From assembly GCF_009914755.1 (NCBI RefSeq), contig NC_060930.1: 64,000 nucleotides of DNA; one strand, given 5' to 3'. The notes under the pieces were generated by a model, which worked only from the letters and a program-made list of their open reading frames with translations, was not told where the DNA came from and ran no database searches. This stretch comes from the human T2T-CHM13v2.0 reference genome, Homo sapiens. The position numbers were made by a program, and so were the translations under genes. This document shows positions 50,800 through 64,000 of this stretch, piece after piece; positions within the stretch are counted from its first letter, which is position 1, and each line of letters starts with the position of its first letter.

Positions 50800-53700
50800 C
50801 AAAAGGCATAAAGGAACAGACAGAAGCAGACTTATTCTATAAGGTTAACATTACCCTAATGCAAAACTAGATAAAGACAAGGCAAAAAAAAAAAAAAATC
50901 CAAAAAACTAAAGGCCAATATCTCTCATTAACAAAAATGCAAAAATCCTCAACAAAATATTAACAAATCGATTCCAACAATGTGTAAAAATAATTACATA
51001 CCAGGACCAAGTGAGATTCATCCTAGATATGCAAGGCTGGTTCTACATACAAAAATCAATTAACATAATTTATCGTATCAACAGGCTAAAGAAGAAAAGC
51101 CTGCATGATCTTATCAAAAGATACTGGAAAAGCATTTGACAAAAACCAATGCCCATTCATTACTAAAACTCTCCGCAAACTAGGAATAAAAGGTAACTTC
51201 CTCAACTTGAAAAGAAGATTTACAAAAAACCTACAGCTAACATCATACTTAATGGCAAGAAACTACAACCTTTCCTGCTAAAGTCAAGACAAGGAAAGGA
51301 TGTTCCCTCTTACAATATCACACCGAAAGTCTTAGTTAATACAAGAGAAGAAAATAAAAGTATGCTGATTGGGAAGGAGAAATAAAACTGTCTTTGTTCA
51401 AAGATGACATAATTGTCTACACAGAAAATCTGAAAGAATCAACCAAAAAACTCTTGGAACTAGTAAGCAATTACAGCATGGATACAAGATTAATATATAA
51501 AAGTCAACTGCTTCCCAACATCTTAACAACGAATACGTCATATCTGAAATTAAAAACATAATAACATATGTTGCAGCCCCACAAAATGAAATAAGCATAA
51601 ATCTCATAAAATTTGTACAAAATCTATATGAGAAAAACTACAAAACTCTGACGAAAGAAATCAAAAAACTAAATAAATACAGAGATACTCTATGTTTGTG
51701 GATAGTTTCTTATTTGGGGCTGCTATAATGAAGTACCACAGAATAGGCATCTTATAAATGACAGAAATTTATTTCTCACAGTTCTGGAGGCTGGAATTCT
51801 ATGAAACTAAGGTGCTAGCATGGTCAGGTTCTAGTGAGAGTCCTGTTCCAGGCTGTAGACTTCTTGTTGTGTTCTCATATGGCAGAAAGCTCGAGAGAGT
51901 GCTATGGGGACTTTTTAAAAAAGGCACTCATTTATGAGGACTCCACTCTCATGATCTAATCATCTCCCCAAAGTCCTATCTCCTAATACTATCACATTGT
52001 TAGGATGTCATCATATGAATTTGGGGGTGGGGGATGGGGACATATATTCAGTCCATAACAGATAAGAAAACTCAATATTGTCAAGATACCAGATCTTCCC
52101 AACTTGATCTGTAGATTCAACACAATCCTAATCAAAATTCCAGCAAGTTATTTTGTGACTATCAACAAACTGATTCTAAAGTTTATTATAGAGAGTCAAA
52201 AGACCCAGCAGAGCCAACACATTATTGAAGGACTGACACTATGCAACCTCAAGACTTACTATAAAGTTACGGTAATCAAGACAGTGTAGTTTTGGAGAAA
52301 TAGAAAAATAGTTCAATGAAACTGAATAAAGAGCCCAGAAACAGACCCGTGCAAATAGTCACTGATCTTTGACAAAGAAGCAAAGACAATACAAATGAGA
52401 AAAGATAGTCTTTTCAACAAATGATGCTGGAATTGGACGTCCACATGCAAAAAACTGAATCTAGACACAGACCTTACACGCTTCACAAAAATGAACTCAG
52501 AATTGATTATAAATCTAAACATAAAATCCAAAACTATAAAACTCCTAGAAGGTACCATAGCAGAAAATCAAGATGACTTTGGGTTTGAAGATGACATTTT
52601 AAATACAACAACAAAGGCACAATCCATGAAAAATAATTGGTAAGTTGGACTTCATTAAAATTAAAAAATTCTGCTCTGTTAAGACAATGTTGAGAGAATG
52701 AGAAAACAAGCTACAGACTGGGAGAAAATATTTGCAAAAGACTAATAAAAGACTGTTATTCAGAATATACAAAAAACTCTTGAAATTCAACAAGAAAATG
52801 AACAACTTGATTAAAAATTGGGAAAAAGTTCTCACCTCAACAAATACTTCACCAAAAGAGATACACTGACTGCATGATTGCAAATAAGCATATGAAAAGA
52901 TGCTCAACATCATGCATCATGTGTCAGTAGGGAATTGCAAATTAAAACGAGATATTGCTACATGCCTATTAGAATGGCCAAAATCTAAAACACTGGCAAT
53001 ACCAAATGATGGAGAGAATGCAGAGCAAGAAGAACTCTCATTCGCTGCTATTGAGAATGCATAATTGGAAGACAGTTTGGCAGTTTCTTATAAAATGAAA
53101 CAAACTCTTACCATACAATCCAGCAAAAACATTCTTTGATATTTACCCAAAGAGGTGAAAACTTACACCCATACAAAAATGTCAACATCGATGTTTTAGC
53201 AGTTTTATTCATAACTGCTGAAACTTGGAACCAACCAGTATGTCCTCGAGTAGGTAAGTAAAATAAAGTGTGGTACACCCAAATAATGGAATATTCAGCG
53301 CTCAAAAGAAATGAAATATCAAGCCATGAAAATACATGGGAGGAACCTTAAATGCATATTACCAAGTCAAAGAAGCGAATTTGAAATGGCTACATACTCT
53401 ATGATTCCAACTACATGGCATGATAGAAAAGGCAAAACTATAAAGGGTGAAAAGATTAGTGGTTTCCAGGGGTTAGAAAGGAGAGAGGATAAATTGGCAG
53501 AGTACAGATTTTTGGGCACTGAAACTATTCTGTATCATACTAAAATGGCAGACATGTGAAATTACACATTTCTCGTATCAAAACCCATCAAATGTACAAC
53601 ACCAAGAGTGACCCTGGTATAAAATATTAACTTTGAGTGATTTATCAACGTAAGTTCATCAGTTGTAACAAATGTACTATTCTGGTACAGAATGTTAATA

Positions 53701-53910
53701 GGCTATACATATGTGGGGTCAGAGAATATATGGGAACTCTCTGTACTTTCTGCTCAATTTTGCTATGAACCTAAAACTGATCTAAAAAATAAAAGTATCT
53801 TAAAAAAGAAGTTGGAAGATGTGAATGTACTTAATGCCACTGAACTATATACACTTTCAAATGATTAAAATTGTAAATTTTAACTCGTGTGTATCTTACC
53901 ACAATTAAAA
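50800..53910 (+). mobile_element. L1MC-like ORF2 and 3'UTR, interrupted by MLT1A
   Basis: Degenerate ORF2 (ICRFNTILIKIPASYF); 3'UTR GGAGGAACCTTAAATGCATATTAC. Confidence 0.8.
51706..52060 (-). mobile_element. MLT1A-like MaLR solo LTR
   Basis: CAGAAATTTATTTCTCACAGTTCTGGAGGCTGG...ATTCAGTCCATAACA; GATAG/GATAA flanks. Confidence 0.82.
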
Positions 53911-54159
53911 TTTTAAATGTCATAAAAGAGTTCTAGCAACATTAGGAACTAAGAAGGGATTCTATTCAGATGTCTGTTGCCTTCTATCTTTTCTCACTCT
54001 ACCTACCTGACCTTTTGCCTCTCCTTTGAATTCATCTATTTTATAAACATGATCATTTAAGAATGTATTCCCTTTAAACCAATACTTTTTCTTTTTTTAT
54101 AATATATTGTTACATAAAGCAAAACTTTTTCTAACTACTTCTTTCTGACATGGATCTTC

Positions 54160-54316
54160 TGTACCAGTGAAAGTGTGGTCCTTAAACCAGCATCAGCAGC
54201 ATCAACATCACCTAGGAACTTGTAAGAACTGCATATTTTGGTATCACCCCTGAACTTCTGAATCAGAATCTGCTTTTTAACAAGATGCATGATAAAGTTT
54301 GAGTACAATGTTCTAG
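54160..54316. mobile_element. MER5 (hAT-Charlie)
   Basis: AAAGTGTGGTCC...CAGCAGCATCAACATCACCTAGGAACTTGTAAGAA...CTGAATCAGAATCTGC. Confidence 0.75.
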
Positions 54317-55119
54317 AAGCCTTAGTTCTCGTGCACCCTTCTAGCTCCCTTTATGTTCCTGGCAAGATGCATGAATTCCAGGAATAAAGGAAGCAAAGCA
54401 CAAAAGTCAAATAGATAGGTACAGTTTTTGTAAAAGGACAAGGGGTAAAAATGCAGTAGGGCAAAGTTATATTTTAAAGATGTCAAGGATATAGATGGGA
54501 AAACAGAATCATTCATGAAAAAATCAGTGATACACCAAGCCAAAATACGATAAGCCATTTATTCTATATTATTTAGGGAATAAAGGAAATGGAAAAGCAG
54601 ATGAATGCTTATGAAAAAGAAACAGTGTCTTGGATCAGGAAACCAGGGAGAAAAAAGACTAAGAAGAGAGTTTACCAATTGAAAAAAAAAATGCCCTACA
54701 ATAATTCTCCTAATCTGAGTCCTCATTTTGACCAAAATATTTCTGAACTCTTTTACCCTGAAAAGATTTTAAATGTTTTAAAAATATCAGTGGTATTCCC
54801 CAAATTACATTTTCACACCAAAGTACAGTCTTTACCAAGACTATCCTGAAGACAATGAGAACAGTTAGCTTACTCATTTTATAGAGAGCAAGGCTCAAAA
54901 AATGACCAGGGACACCAGAAAGTCAACATGAAATGAAAGGTCTTTCAGTTTTAGTGTTACATTCATTAAAATAATAAACTAATATTGGTATTTTATACTC
55001 TAGCAATGGATGAGAATTTTTTATTTACTGTGTCCTCAAGCAAAAATATTGCTAGTTGTATTTAATCTGTAAAATTTAAAAGCAGAGTAGATAAAATAGC
55101 AGTTAAAGGTAGACAAAAT

Positions 55120-55320
55120 AGCAGTTAGGAGTACAGAGTCTGACCACAGATCAGATGGGTTTGAATCTTGGCTCTGCCATTTACAAACTGTGCAAAGAAT
55201 CTTAACTTCTCCGTCCCTCTGTGGCTAGTCCTGCCTTCTTTGGCTGGCTGTTTATGAGGATCAAATAAGATACAATGATTAGCATAAAGCCTGGCATATA
55301 ACACACAAAACTCAAAAATG
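55120..55320 (+). mobile_element. MIR
   Basis: GGGTTTGAATCTTGGCTCTGCCATTTAC core. Confidence 0.75.
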
Positions 55321-55414
55321 TTTATTTTTTTGTGTGAAAAAAATTTTAAAGTATTTCTTAAAGCAGAATCTTCCAAGGATAAAGGGCTATGCTATCTTAA
55401 TATAACTGGAGTTG

Positions 55415-55945
55415 CAGTCATGAGTTTCAGTCAGTGATGGACCACATATATGTTGGTAGTCACATAAGGTTCTAAGGGAACTAAAAAAAATTCCTATCAC
55501 CTAGTAACACTGTAGCCATCATGCAGTGTTAGCCATCATACACAATGTAGACATCATACATAATGCAAAGCATTACTCACATATTTGTGGTGATACTGGA
55601 AAAAAAAACCCTACTGTGCCGCCAGTTACATAAAAGTATAGTTACATAATACTTGATAATAATAAACTACTATATTACTGGTTTATGTATCTACTATCCT
55701 ATACTTTTTATCATTATTTTACACTGTACTCCTTCTACTTATTTTTTTTTTCAAAGTTAGAAAGAGCCTCAGGCAGCTCTTTCAGGAGGTATTCCAGAAG
55801 GCATTGTTATCATAGGAGATGACAGCTCCATGCTTGTTACTGCCTCTGAAGACCTTCCAGTGGGACAAGATGTGGAGGTAGAAGACAGTGATATCAATTA
55901 TTCTGACCCTGCGTAGGCCTAGGATAAGGTGTGTGTTTCTCAGTC
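55415..55945 (+). mobile_element. Tigger3 (Golem/MER7) derivative, partial
   Basis: CAGTCATG start; TTCAGGAGGTATTCCAGAAG...GAAGACCTTCCAGTGGGACAAGATGTGGAGG. Confidence 0.78.
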
Positions 55946-57249
55946 TCCTTTGCTAGTGCATCCTTTTCTTTAACTTCTGTACCTCTAATTCTTTGAGGAC
56001 TCCAGGACTTAGTCCTGGTACCTTTTCTCTTATTTTTATCTAAGCTCACTTCATTAGTAATCTCATTCATATTATGTTTTCTTAAGATGAGATACATCTA
56101 TAACTTACATGTTTCACTATAACCCTCAAATAAGGTCAACCATAGATAATTCTACTAATATTCGGTGAGGCAGCTACAAATAAAAAACAAATTCAAATAG
56201 AAACAACATAATTAAAAATAAGTGACTTAATTTTCAATAAATCATCACCATCTTTCTGTAGTTTAAGTTCAATATGATTGGTATAGTCACTTAAAATTCA
56301 AAATAATAAAGCTAAATTGATGATAACCAAAACAAATATTTGTTTATTCTAGTCACTGATTACATTGGAAACATTTACATACCACACTGAGTATTTAATG
56401 AAAAACGTAAATCATGATTTTGTCTACGGTCCTAGTTCCCTAGCCTTAAAATTTAACAGTAGCATCTTATGTTAATATAGACTTTTTCCAAAAGCCCTTT
56501 TATAACAATTATCTCTTATACCTCAAAGAATATTTAATTAGAATAGTAAAATAAATACTATTTTCACCACACTTTCTGGTCCTAACATGACCTCTCACAT
56601 AACAGTTAATAACGAGTGAATTTAATTAAAATTGTTGAGGAACTCATAAATCCATCCCTACTATATGAAATACATATTGAAATTCATGTTTAACTGATAA
56701 GAAGTCATTAATGTCATCTTTCTGTACTTAGTATAGCATTACCAAAAAATTTACATTTTATTTTTAATGCTAATGAATGAAATTAAGTTCTGTATGTACA
56801 AATCCTCTGAAAGACATGCTCTATTTCATTTCCTTCTGTGATAGTGAAAATGGTGATTTTTATGATGTTAACACTACTGTATATGAGGCATGCAGTTGTG
56901 CACTGCCTCTATCACAATGAAAAAGACTTGCTTTTGCAAGCAAGAAGAATACATTTTAAAATACAGGAATCAGCAGCAATACATAACCACCTTCATCCCT
57001 CCAAGATTCCCACTTCAAATGATGTGGCTTTACTACTTGCCAAGCCTAGAGCAACTGTTAGAAGTATATAGACAAGAGCAAGGCTTTTAAAACTGGACCC
57101 CATCTCTCTCGAGTACTCCACTGCCAGTACTTCCAGTCCTGAGGAGTAGCACCTTTCCTTCTACTACTAAGCACATCAAGTGTCTGTGCACAGACTTTTT
57201 TAATAGTTCTGCCTATGAGATCTCCATCTCCGAAGTGTCTCTTTCTGAC

Positions 57250-57870
57250 ATGAATATTCTACCCTATCCATTCATTGCCTCATTATTATAAAACAACTTT
57301 GTCCTTACCAAGTTCCTGCAATCCTGTCATTCTCCTCTACTTTCAAAACCATCAACACACTTTTGCTTTGCTTCCCTTCCTACTCACTAGCATCTCACAT
57401 TCCTCTTCAGAGATCTGGCCAGACCACAAGGCCTTATCCCCTGTCCCAACAGAACAGTCATATTAAGAATGCAACACATTATATCCTTTGATCACAACTT
57501 CAGCATCCTCTTCTGTCTCTCCTTTTTCTTTCCACTAAATGTTAGGCATCAACAGTTTTGTTATACCTAGTTCTACACTTTCTCCTCTTCATAAATCCAT
57601 CACTGCTAGATCTTTAACCATCAATTCTAAATTACTTACACAAACTTAAACAATCAACCCTAACAGTCCTGACAATATATACTCCTGTGCTATCAGTCTG
57701 CCAGACAGCTCCACAGGGACATCTCACTAACTCAAATTCAAAATATCCAAAATCAAATTCATTATCCATCATTCCCCACTCTCCCCAAAAAGGAAACTTA
57801 TTCTTTGGGCTTCTCTATTTCTAGTAACAGCACCAAATCACTTAGGATTTGAGATCATCTTTAAATTAAA
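57250..57870 (+). mobile_element. L2 fragment
   Basis: Pyrimidine-rich degenerate L2 motifs (CTCAAATTCAAAATATCCAAAATCAAATTCATTATC). Confidence 0.5.
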
Positions 57871-58660
57871 GCAAAGTACTGGATTCTCCATTAACCAGTT
57901 CAGTCAACTTTCAAATGTATGCAAATTGCTGGTAAAACAGTTGCATCTCATCAAAAGGACACAATACAGCCATTTTCATTCAACTCCTTTGATGGTACAC
58001 AAATCTGATACACTGCACATGACTTGAACTCTGAAATCAGTCCCCAACACTCACCTCCAGTATTGCGACCTAACAAGTAAATCAAAATAATCCCATTTTT
58101 TCATTACATCTAGAGGAAGCTTAAGTCAGGGGTAAGCCCAAGGCAGTTAAATTTTAGTGACTATTGTAAAAAAATTCTGTAGTGGTCTATACTTAAAACT
58201 TAGTTTCCACCACAAATAATGAGAATCATACTTCTTCACAGGGTTGTTGTGAGGATTAAATCAAATACGTAAGATATTTAGTACAATGCCTAGCATATAC
58301 AGGTGCTCAAAATGTTTCCAAAATTAAGAAACCAAACAGCAAATCCATGAAGCTCAGAGATCATCAACCACGATAAATACCAGAAAATCTACACCTAGGC
58401 ATGTGATGTTCAAACTGCAGAAAACCAAAGACAAAGAAAAATTTTGAAAGACAGAGAGAAACCACTTTACCTATAGAGGGACAAGGATAAAAATTAGATT
58501 GGACTTCTCCTCGGTAATCATACAAAAAGAGAGGCAAACTAGGACAACCACTTACAAAACATTTTAAAGAGAAAGAAGTATAATTGATATGCTAAGAGAG
58601 GAGAGAAAAGGAAACCATACAAAGTGCTCAATTAAAGTCAGAGCAGAAAAAGAGAGGACA

Positions 58661-58963
58661 TTTTTTGGGGGTGGAGGGGGTGAAACAGAGGTTCCTTCCA
58701 TCACTCAGACCGGAGTATAGTGGTGCAATCTTGGCTCACTGCAAACTCCGCCTCCCAGGCTCAAGTGATCCTACTACCTCAGCCTCCCAAGTAGCTGGGA
58801 CTACAGGTGCATGTGACCACACCTGGCTAATTTCTGTATTTTTTTGTAGAGACAAGGTTTCACTGTGTTGCCCAGGCTGGTGTCAAACTTCTGGGCTCAA
58901 GTGATTGGCCTGACTCAGCCTCCTAAAGTGTTGGGATTACAGGTGTGAGCCACCAGCCCAGCC
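58661..58963 (-). mobile_element. AluJ
   Basis: Diverged dimer; tail partly replaced by a G-run on +. Confidence 0.88.
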
Positions 58964-59906
58964 AACTTTTTCTTTTTAATGAAACAAAGAACAAGTGCAA
59001 TGAATAAAAAAAGTTGCAAATACAGTAGATTTTAATACAATTATGTCAATAATCACTTTAAATGTGAATGGTCTAAATATGCCAATTAAAAGATAAGAGA
59101 CAGAGTAGATTAAAAAAAAAAGACCTAACTATATATTGTATACAAGAAACCCACTTTAAATGTAGAAATAGATTAAAAGTAAAGAAATGGAGAAAGATAT
59201 ACCATGCTAACACGAGTCAAAACAAATCTGAAGTAGCTGTATCAATTTGAGACAAAGTAGGTTTCTGAGCGAGGGAAATTAACAGGGATAAAGATAGGCA
59301 TTGCATTACGATAAAGGGGCAAATTCTCCAAGACCTAATGATTCTTAATGTATATGCACCTAACAGAGCATCAAAATGTGAAGCAAAAACTGATAAAACT
59401 ACAAGGGGAAACATGAACTCATGATCACAGCTAGAGATATCAACATCCTTCTATCGGTAATTAACTGACAGGCAAAAAATCAGTAACAATACAGTTGAAC
59501 TAAATACCATCAATCAACTGGATCTAACTGATATTTATACAGTACTTCAACCAACAACAGCAGAATACATGTTATTCTCAAGCTCACATAAGTCATTCAC
59601 TGAGACAGACTATATTCTGGGCCATAAAACACACCTGAAAAAATTTAAAAGAACAGAACTAATACAGTATATGCTCTCAGACCACAATGCAATTAAACCA
59701 GAAAGCAATCTCAGAAAGATAGATGGGAAAATCTCAAAACATTTGGAGATTAAACATCACACTTCTAAATAACACATGGTTCAAAGTCTCAAGAGAAATT
59801 TTTTAATACTTTGTATTAAGTGAAAATGAAAATTCAATTTATCAAAATGTGTGGGATACATCAAAAGCAGTGCTTGGAGGGAAATTTATGGCACCAAGTA
59901 TATATA

Positions 59907-59979
59907 CAGACGGTCCGCAGTTTATAACGGGGTTGTATCCCAATAAACCTATTTTAAGTTGAAAATATCATGAAGTCTG
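59907..59979. mobile_element. 73-bp collapsed MER47/Tigger5-like element
   Basis: TA-CAGAC...GGGGTTGTATCCCAATAAACCTATTTTAAGTTGAAAATATC...GTCTG-TA. Confidence 0.65.
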
Positions 59980-60002
59980 TATTAGAAAAGTAGAAGGATC
60001 TA

Positions 60003-60783
60003 TAAAACCATAAAAACCCTAGAAGAAAACCTAGGCAATACCATTCAGGACACGGGCATGGGCAAGGACTTCATGACTAATACACCAAAAGCAATGGCAA
60101 CAAAAGCCAAAATAAGACAAATGGGATCTAATTAAACTAAAGAGCTTCTGCACTGCAAAAGAAACTACCATCAGAGCGAACAGGCAACCTACAGAATGGG
60201 AGAAAATTTTTGCAATCTACCCTTCTGACAAAGGGCTAATATTCAGAATCTACAAAGAACTCAAACAAATTTACAAGAAAAAAACAAACAACTCCATCAA
60301 AAAGTGGCCAAAGGATATGAACAGACACTTCTCAAAAGAAGACGTCTATGCAGCCAACAGACACATGAAAAAATGCTCATCACCACTGGTCACTAAAGAA
60401 ATGCAAATCAAAACCACAATGAGATATCATCTCACGCCAGTTAGAATGACAATCATTAAAAAGTCAGGAAACAACAGATGCTGGAGAGAATGTGGAGAAA
60501 TAGGAACGCTTTTACACTGTTGGTGGGAGTGTAAATTAGTTCAACCATTGTGGAAGACAGTGTGGCGATTCCTCAAGGATCTAGAACTAGAATTACCATT
60601 TGACTCAGCAATCCCATTACTGGGTATATACCCAAAGGATTACAAATCATGCTACTATAAAGACAAATGCACACGTATGTTTATTGCGACACCATTCACA
60701 ATAGCAAAGACTTGGAACCAACCCAAATGTCCATCAATGACAGACTGGATTAAGCAAATGTGGCACATATACACCATGGAATA
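60003..60783 (+). mobile_element. Internal L1PA ORF2 segment without 3'UTR, poly(A) or TSD
   Basis: ORF 60317-60784 matches the ORF2 C-domain and stops abruptly at ACACCATGGAATA. Confidence 0.88.
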
Positions 60784-60942
60784 ATTAAGGCAGAAATCTA
60801 TGAAATTGAAAACAGGAAATCAAGAGAAAAAAACAATGAAACTAAATGAAGATTCCTTGAAAATAACAAAATTGATAAATTTGTAGTTGTGTATTATGAT
60901 GTACCACACAGGGCTTTTATTTTGGTTTAAAAAAAAATCAGT

Positions 60943-61365
60943 GCCACTATTCAAAATAGCAAAGATATGGAATCAACCTAAGTGTCCATCAATGGATAAT
61001 TAAAGAAAATTTAAATGCAAACAATGAAATACTACTCAGCCATTAAAAAGAATGAAATAATCTCTTTTGCAGCAACATGGATGGAACCAGAGGCCATTAT
61101 CCTAAGTGAACTAACTCAGAAACAGAAAGTCAAATACCATATTTTCTCATTTATAAGTGGGAGCTAAATAATTTGTATACATGGACATAAAGAGTGGAAT
61201 AATAGATAATGGAGACTCTGAAGAGTGGAAGGATAGATGGTGGGTGAGGGGTGAGAAATTACTTAATGGGTACAATGTACACTATACTAAAAAGCCAGGC
61301 TTTGCCACTATGCAATATATCCATGTAACTAAACTGTACGTGTACCCTCTAAATCTATAAAAATA
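60943..61365 (+). mobile_element. L1PB4/L1MA-like 3' end
   Basis: GCAAAGATATGGAATCAACCTAAGTGTCC...ATCCATGTAACTAAACTGTAC. Confidence 0.8.
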
Positions 61366-61874
61366 ATTTTAAGAAGTGAGTGCTAGTCTTCATCCTCGAC
61401 TAAAATATAAAATGCTTCACTGTTCCTCCCTTTTCGTTTAACCCTTTCACAATTCTCTGGCATAACCTGTAGCACATGCATGTTATAAAAATTTAGCAAA
61501 TTTAACAAATTTAGCAAGATGTCCCTATTAAAACAACTAGAAAACAAACTTACTTTTGTAGCATAAGGTGAAAACATAACACACTTGACTTTTTTGGTAA
61601 AGGAATCAAACAAGTTATTCCATGCCCTGACACATAAGCTTTTCTTCTTTTCAAATAAGTTAGTCAATGTAACTTTATTGGAGTAGACCTGGCTAGGTTA
61701 GGAATAAAGAATGGCTACATGCTGGACTAACTACTATCAAGCACACCAAATTAAAAAAACAAAAAAACAAAAAAACTTTGCTGTCATCATCATCCAACAG
61801 ATGTCATCACACCCAAAACCCACCTACTTAGAATTTCTTTAGGACCTTTAGTTTAAGAAATGGTACCTTTGCAG

Positions 61875-62000
61875 CATAAGGGAGTAGGAAAAAAATGGGA
61901 CTTTGAAATCACACATATCTGTGCTCAAATTCCACCTCCATTTCTATTAGCCATGTGACCTTGAGCAAATTACTTGATCTATGAGAGGACTCAGTTTGCT
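61875..62000 (+). mobile_element. MIR fragment
   Basis: CAAATTCCACCTCCATT...TGTGACCTTGAGCAAATTACTT. Confidence 0.6.
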
Positions 62001-62394
62001 GGTTGACAAGTACCACAAATACAATTCTAACAGTTTACGCAAAAAGGAGGACTTATGACAAAGGTAACTAGGATGTCTCTGGAACCCAATCTCAGGACCA
62101 TGGACAAAGGAACTCAAATACAGTCAGGACTCTGTGCATCTGCTTCTTTGCACTCTTTGTTCTAGAAGCCCTGGCTTATCTAGCCCACAGGGCAAGAAAC
62201 AAGGCCATTAACAGTTCCAGAGTTTTGTATCTCACAGCTTCAGCAACTGAAGAGAAAACAAATTATTCAACCTCTGGGCATGGAGGACCCAGGAAAAGTT
62301 CTGAGTGACTTGGCTTAGTAAAAAAGTGTCTAAAACCAGGCCAATAAACCACAGAAATGAACAGAATTGTGATTGGTATCTCTGGCCCCTTCCA

Positions 62395-62855
62395 AGCCAA
62401 AGTGATCTTTACAAAAGACAGATCTGATCCAGTAATTAACCCGATTAAAACTCTTCATGGCCTTCCCCAATAGACTTAAAATCCTTAACCTCGTTAAACC
62501 AAACCTCACGTAGGCCCTCTGCATAGTCTGGCTTCTGTTTACCTCTGCAACCTCATATCAAGTCACAATCCCTCTTACACTAAGCTTTAACTGTTTCACC
62601 TGTTCTTTGAATTCTCTTCCTTTTCCACCTAGCTAACTTCCACTAATCTTGCCTCTAAGAAGCCTCCCCTGACTCCCAGTGTAAATCCAGTTCCCTCTTC
62701 TTTTCCTTTACAGCATTCACCAAAATTTCTAAGTACAAATGTATTTGTTCAACACCTGTTTTTTACTATACTGTTAACTCCAAGAGAATAGAGACCTGTC
62801 CTTTTTAGCACCTACTTGGCCCTCAATAATTATGTGCTGATTATGAACTATGAAT
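62395..62855 (+). mobile_element. L2 3' fragment
   Basis: GATCTTTACAAAA...AAGCCTCCCCTGACT...CTCAATAA motifs. Confidence 0.55.
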
Positions 62856-64000
62856 CACTGGTTTAACAAGGGGGACCCACTAAATGAACCAATTACAAAT
62901 GAGGGGACAGTAGCAGGCAGGCAGAATTGTTATTATCAAGTTATTAAAATGACTGCTCCAACAGAAACTTATCAGTAAAAGGGGAGATAAAGCAGTTCTG
63001 AAACAATCTGGGCTTCCGCTAGGCAGAACAAACAACTTGTTCAATTCAGTTAACCTTTTTCTTCAATTAAATCCTTATAGGGCTATGATAGCAATTAAAC
63101 AAGATAAATAATAAATGTGACAGCATCTATACAGAATCTTGTACATCTAGCAAGCAAGCAATGTCACTTCTTTTCCTTTTGGACCATGTTACACATTATT
63201 TTTGAATATCACTGATCTCCAAATAATTATTAAATACTCCAATGCATATGACAAAAATAGCTGTTTCATGACCTCTTCCCTCACAGCACCCTGATCTTTC
63301 CACATGGAACAGAATGACTTCTCTTTTATTCTGTAGTAATTGCATACACTCAAAATCCATTTAGCTTAAACCAAAAACAGGCACTGGGAACACAAAAATG
63401 AAGCAAAGCAAAACAAAACAACCAAACGCTTACAACAAAACTGTCCTCAAGGAGTTCACAGATTCACTTTCTCAATCTGCCTTCAGCTCCATCACATCCA
63501 TACCAAAGCTCCATAGCACCCCAGGTAAGGCTGCTACAAATACAAGATGCCCCGTATTTTATGGGGCAATAATCCATCTTTATATCTTCATACTCCCACT
63601 TCATGACCTCATTCCAAAATTTTTTCCTTAAAAAAATTCTATGGAGACTGACTGGATATGATCTTTCTTCAAAGTATGAATAAAATCTACCCTGACTTTA
63701 CCAATAGCTCAAAATAAGGAAACAAAGGAAACAATCCAAAAGAAAAATCCTGTTTCTTGACAGTGCTGGGAGTTTATTTTTAAAAATTAAAACAAACAAA
63801 AAACCCATCACAAAAATAACGCCTTTAAGAGACTAAAAAATCTTGCTTCTGAGAACAGGCACGTGTGAAAGGATCAAGACTACTTTCTTTTTCAGAGGTA
63901 GGTCCAGAAAGAAGAAATGTCCTCATAAGAGGGACGTAAGCGGTAACTTTAGGGAAAATGAACTCTCAGGAAAAAAAGGGGGTTACACCAAGCTTCGAAG

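Larger units (their letters stand above)
58335..60885 (+). mobile_element. Old L1M ORF1-end/ORF2-start fragment hosting an Alu, a mini-Tigger and an L1PA segment
   Basis: EN-region remnants (TCAATAATCACTTTAAATGTGAATGGTCTAAAT; peptide FFSSSH...DYILGHKTHL-like). Confidence 0.75.

Noticed and set aside
63800-64000. WASF1 promoter or first exon near the window end
   Set aside because: No CpG island or convincing exon is visible; the promoter must lie beyond position 64000.

Overview
Human genomic DNA. The window lies inside the 5' half of WASF1 (WAVE1, the WAVE-regulatory-complex activator of Arp2/3), transcribed on the minus strand. Three exons are supported by splice signals: a 98-nt 5'UTR exon (49076-49173), the ATG exon (15907-16067) and the next coding exon (1761-1895). 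The rest is repeat-dense intron. It holds a full-length Tigger2 with four nested insertions (including a full-length L1PA6/7), a twin-primed L1PA4, a young L1HS Ta-1 that keeps both termini but lacks about 3 kb internally, older L1M/L1PB/L2/MIR fragments, solo LTRs, about 15 Alu copies or fragments, and a tailless U2 retrocopy. I cannot support a wholly new gene system here. The best candidates for undescribed biology are five: (i) the internally deleted L1HS whose YY1-site ATG is in frame with an endonuclease-less ORF2, behind one TAG; (ii) an L1 antisense-promoter/ORF0-like frame whose donor is phase-compatible with the WASF1 exon at 1895; (iii) two consecutive WASF1 exons that begin with GTRA donor-like motifs; (iv) uORFs in the UTR exon; (v) two locally templated inverted duplications. 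Repeat subfamily names come from remembered consensus sequences, and boundaries of old repeats are approximate.
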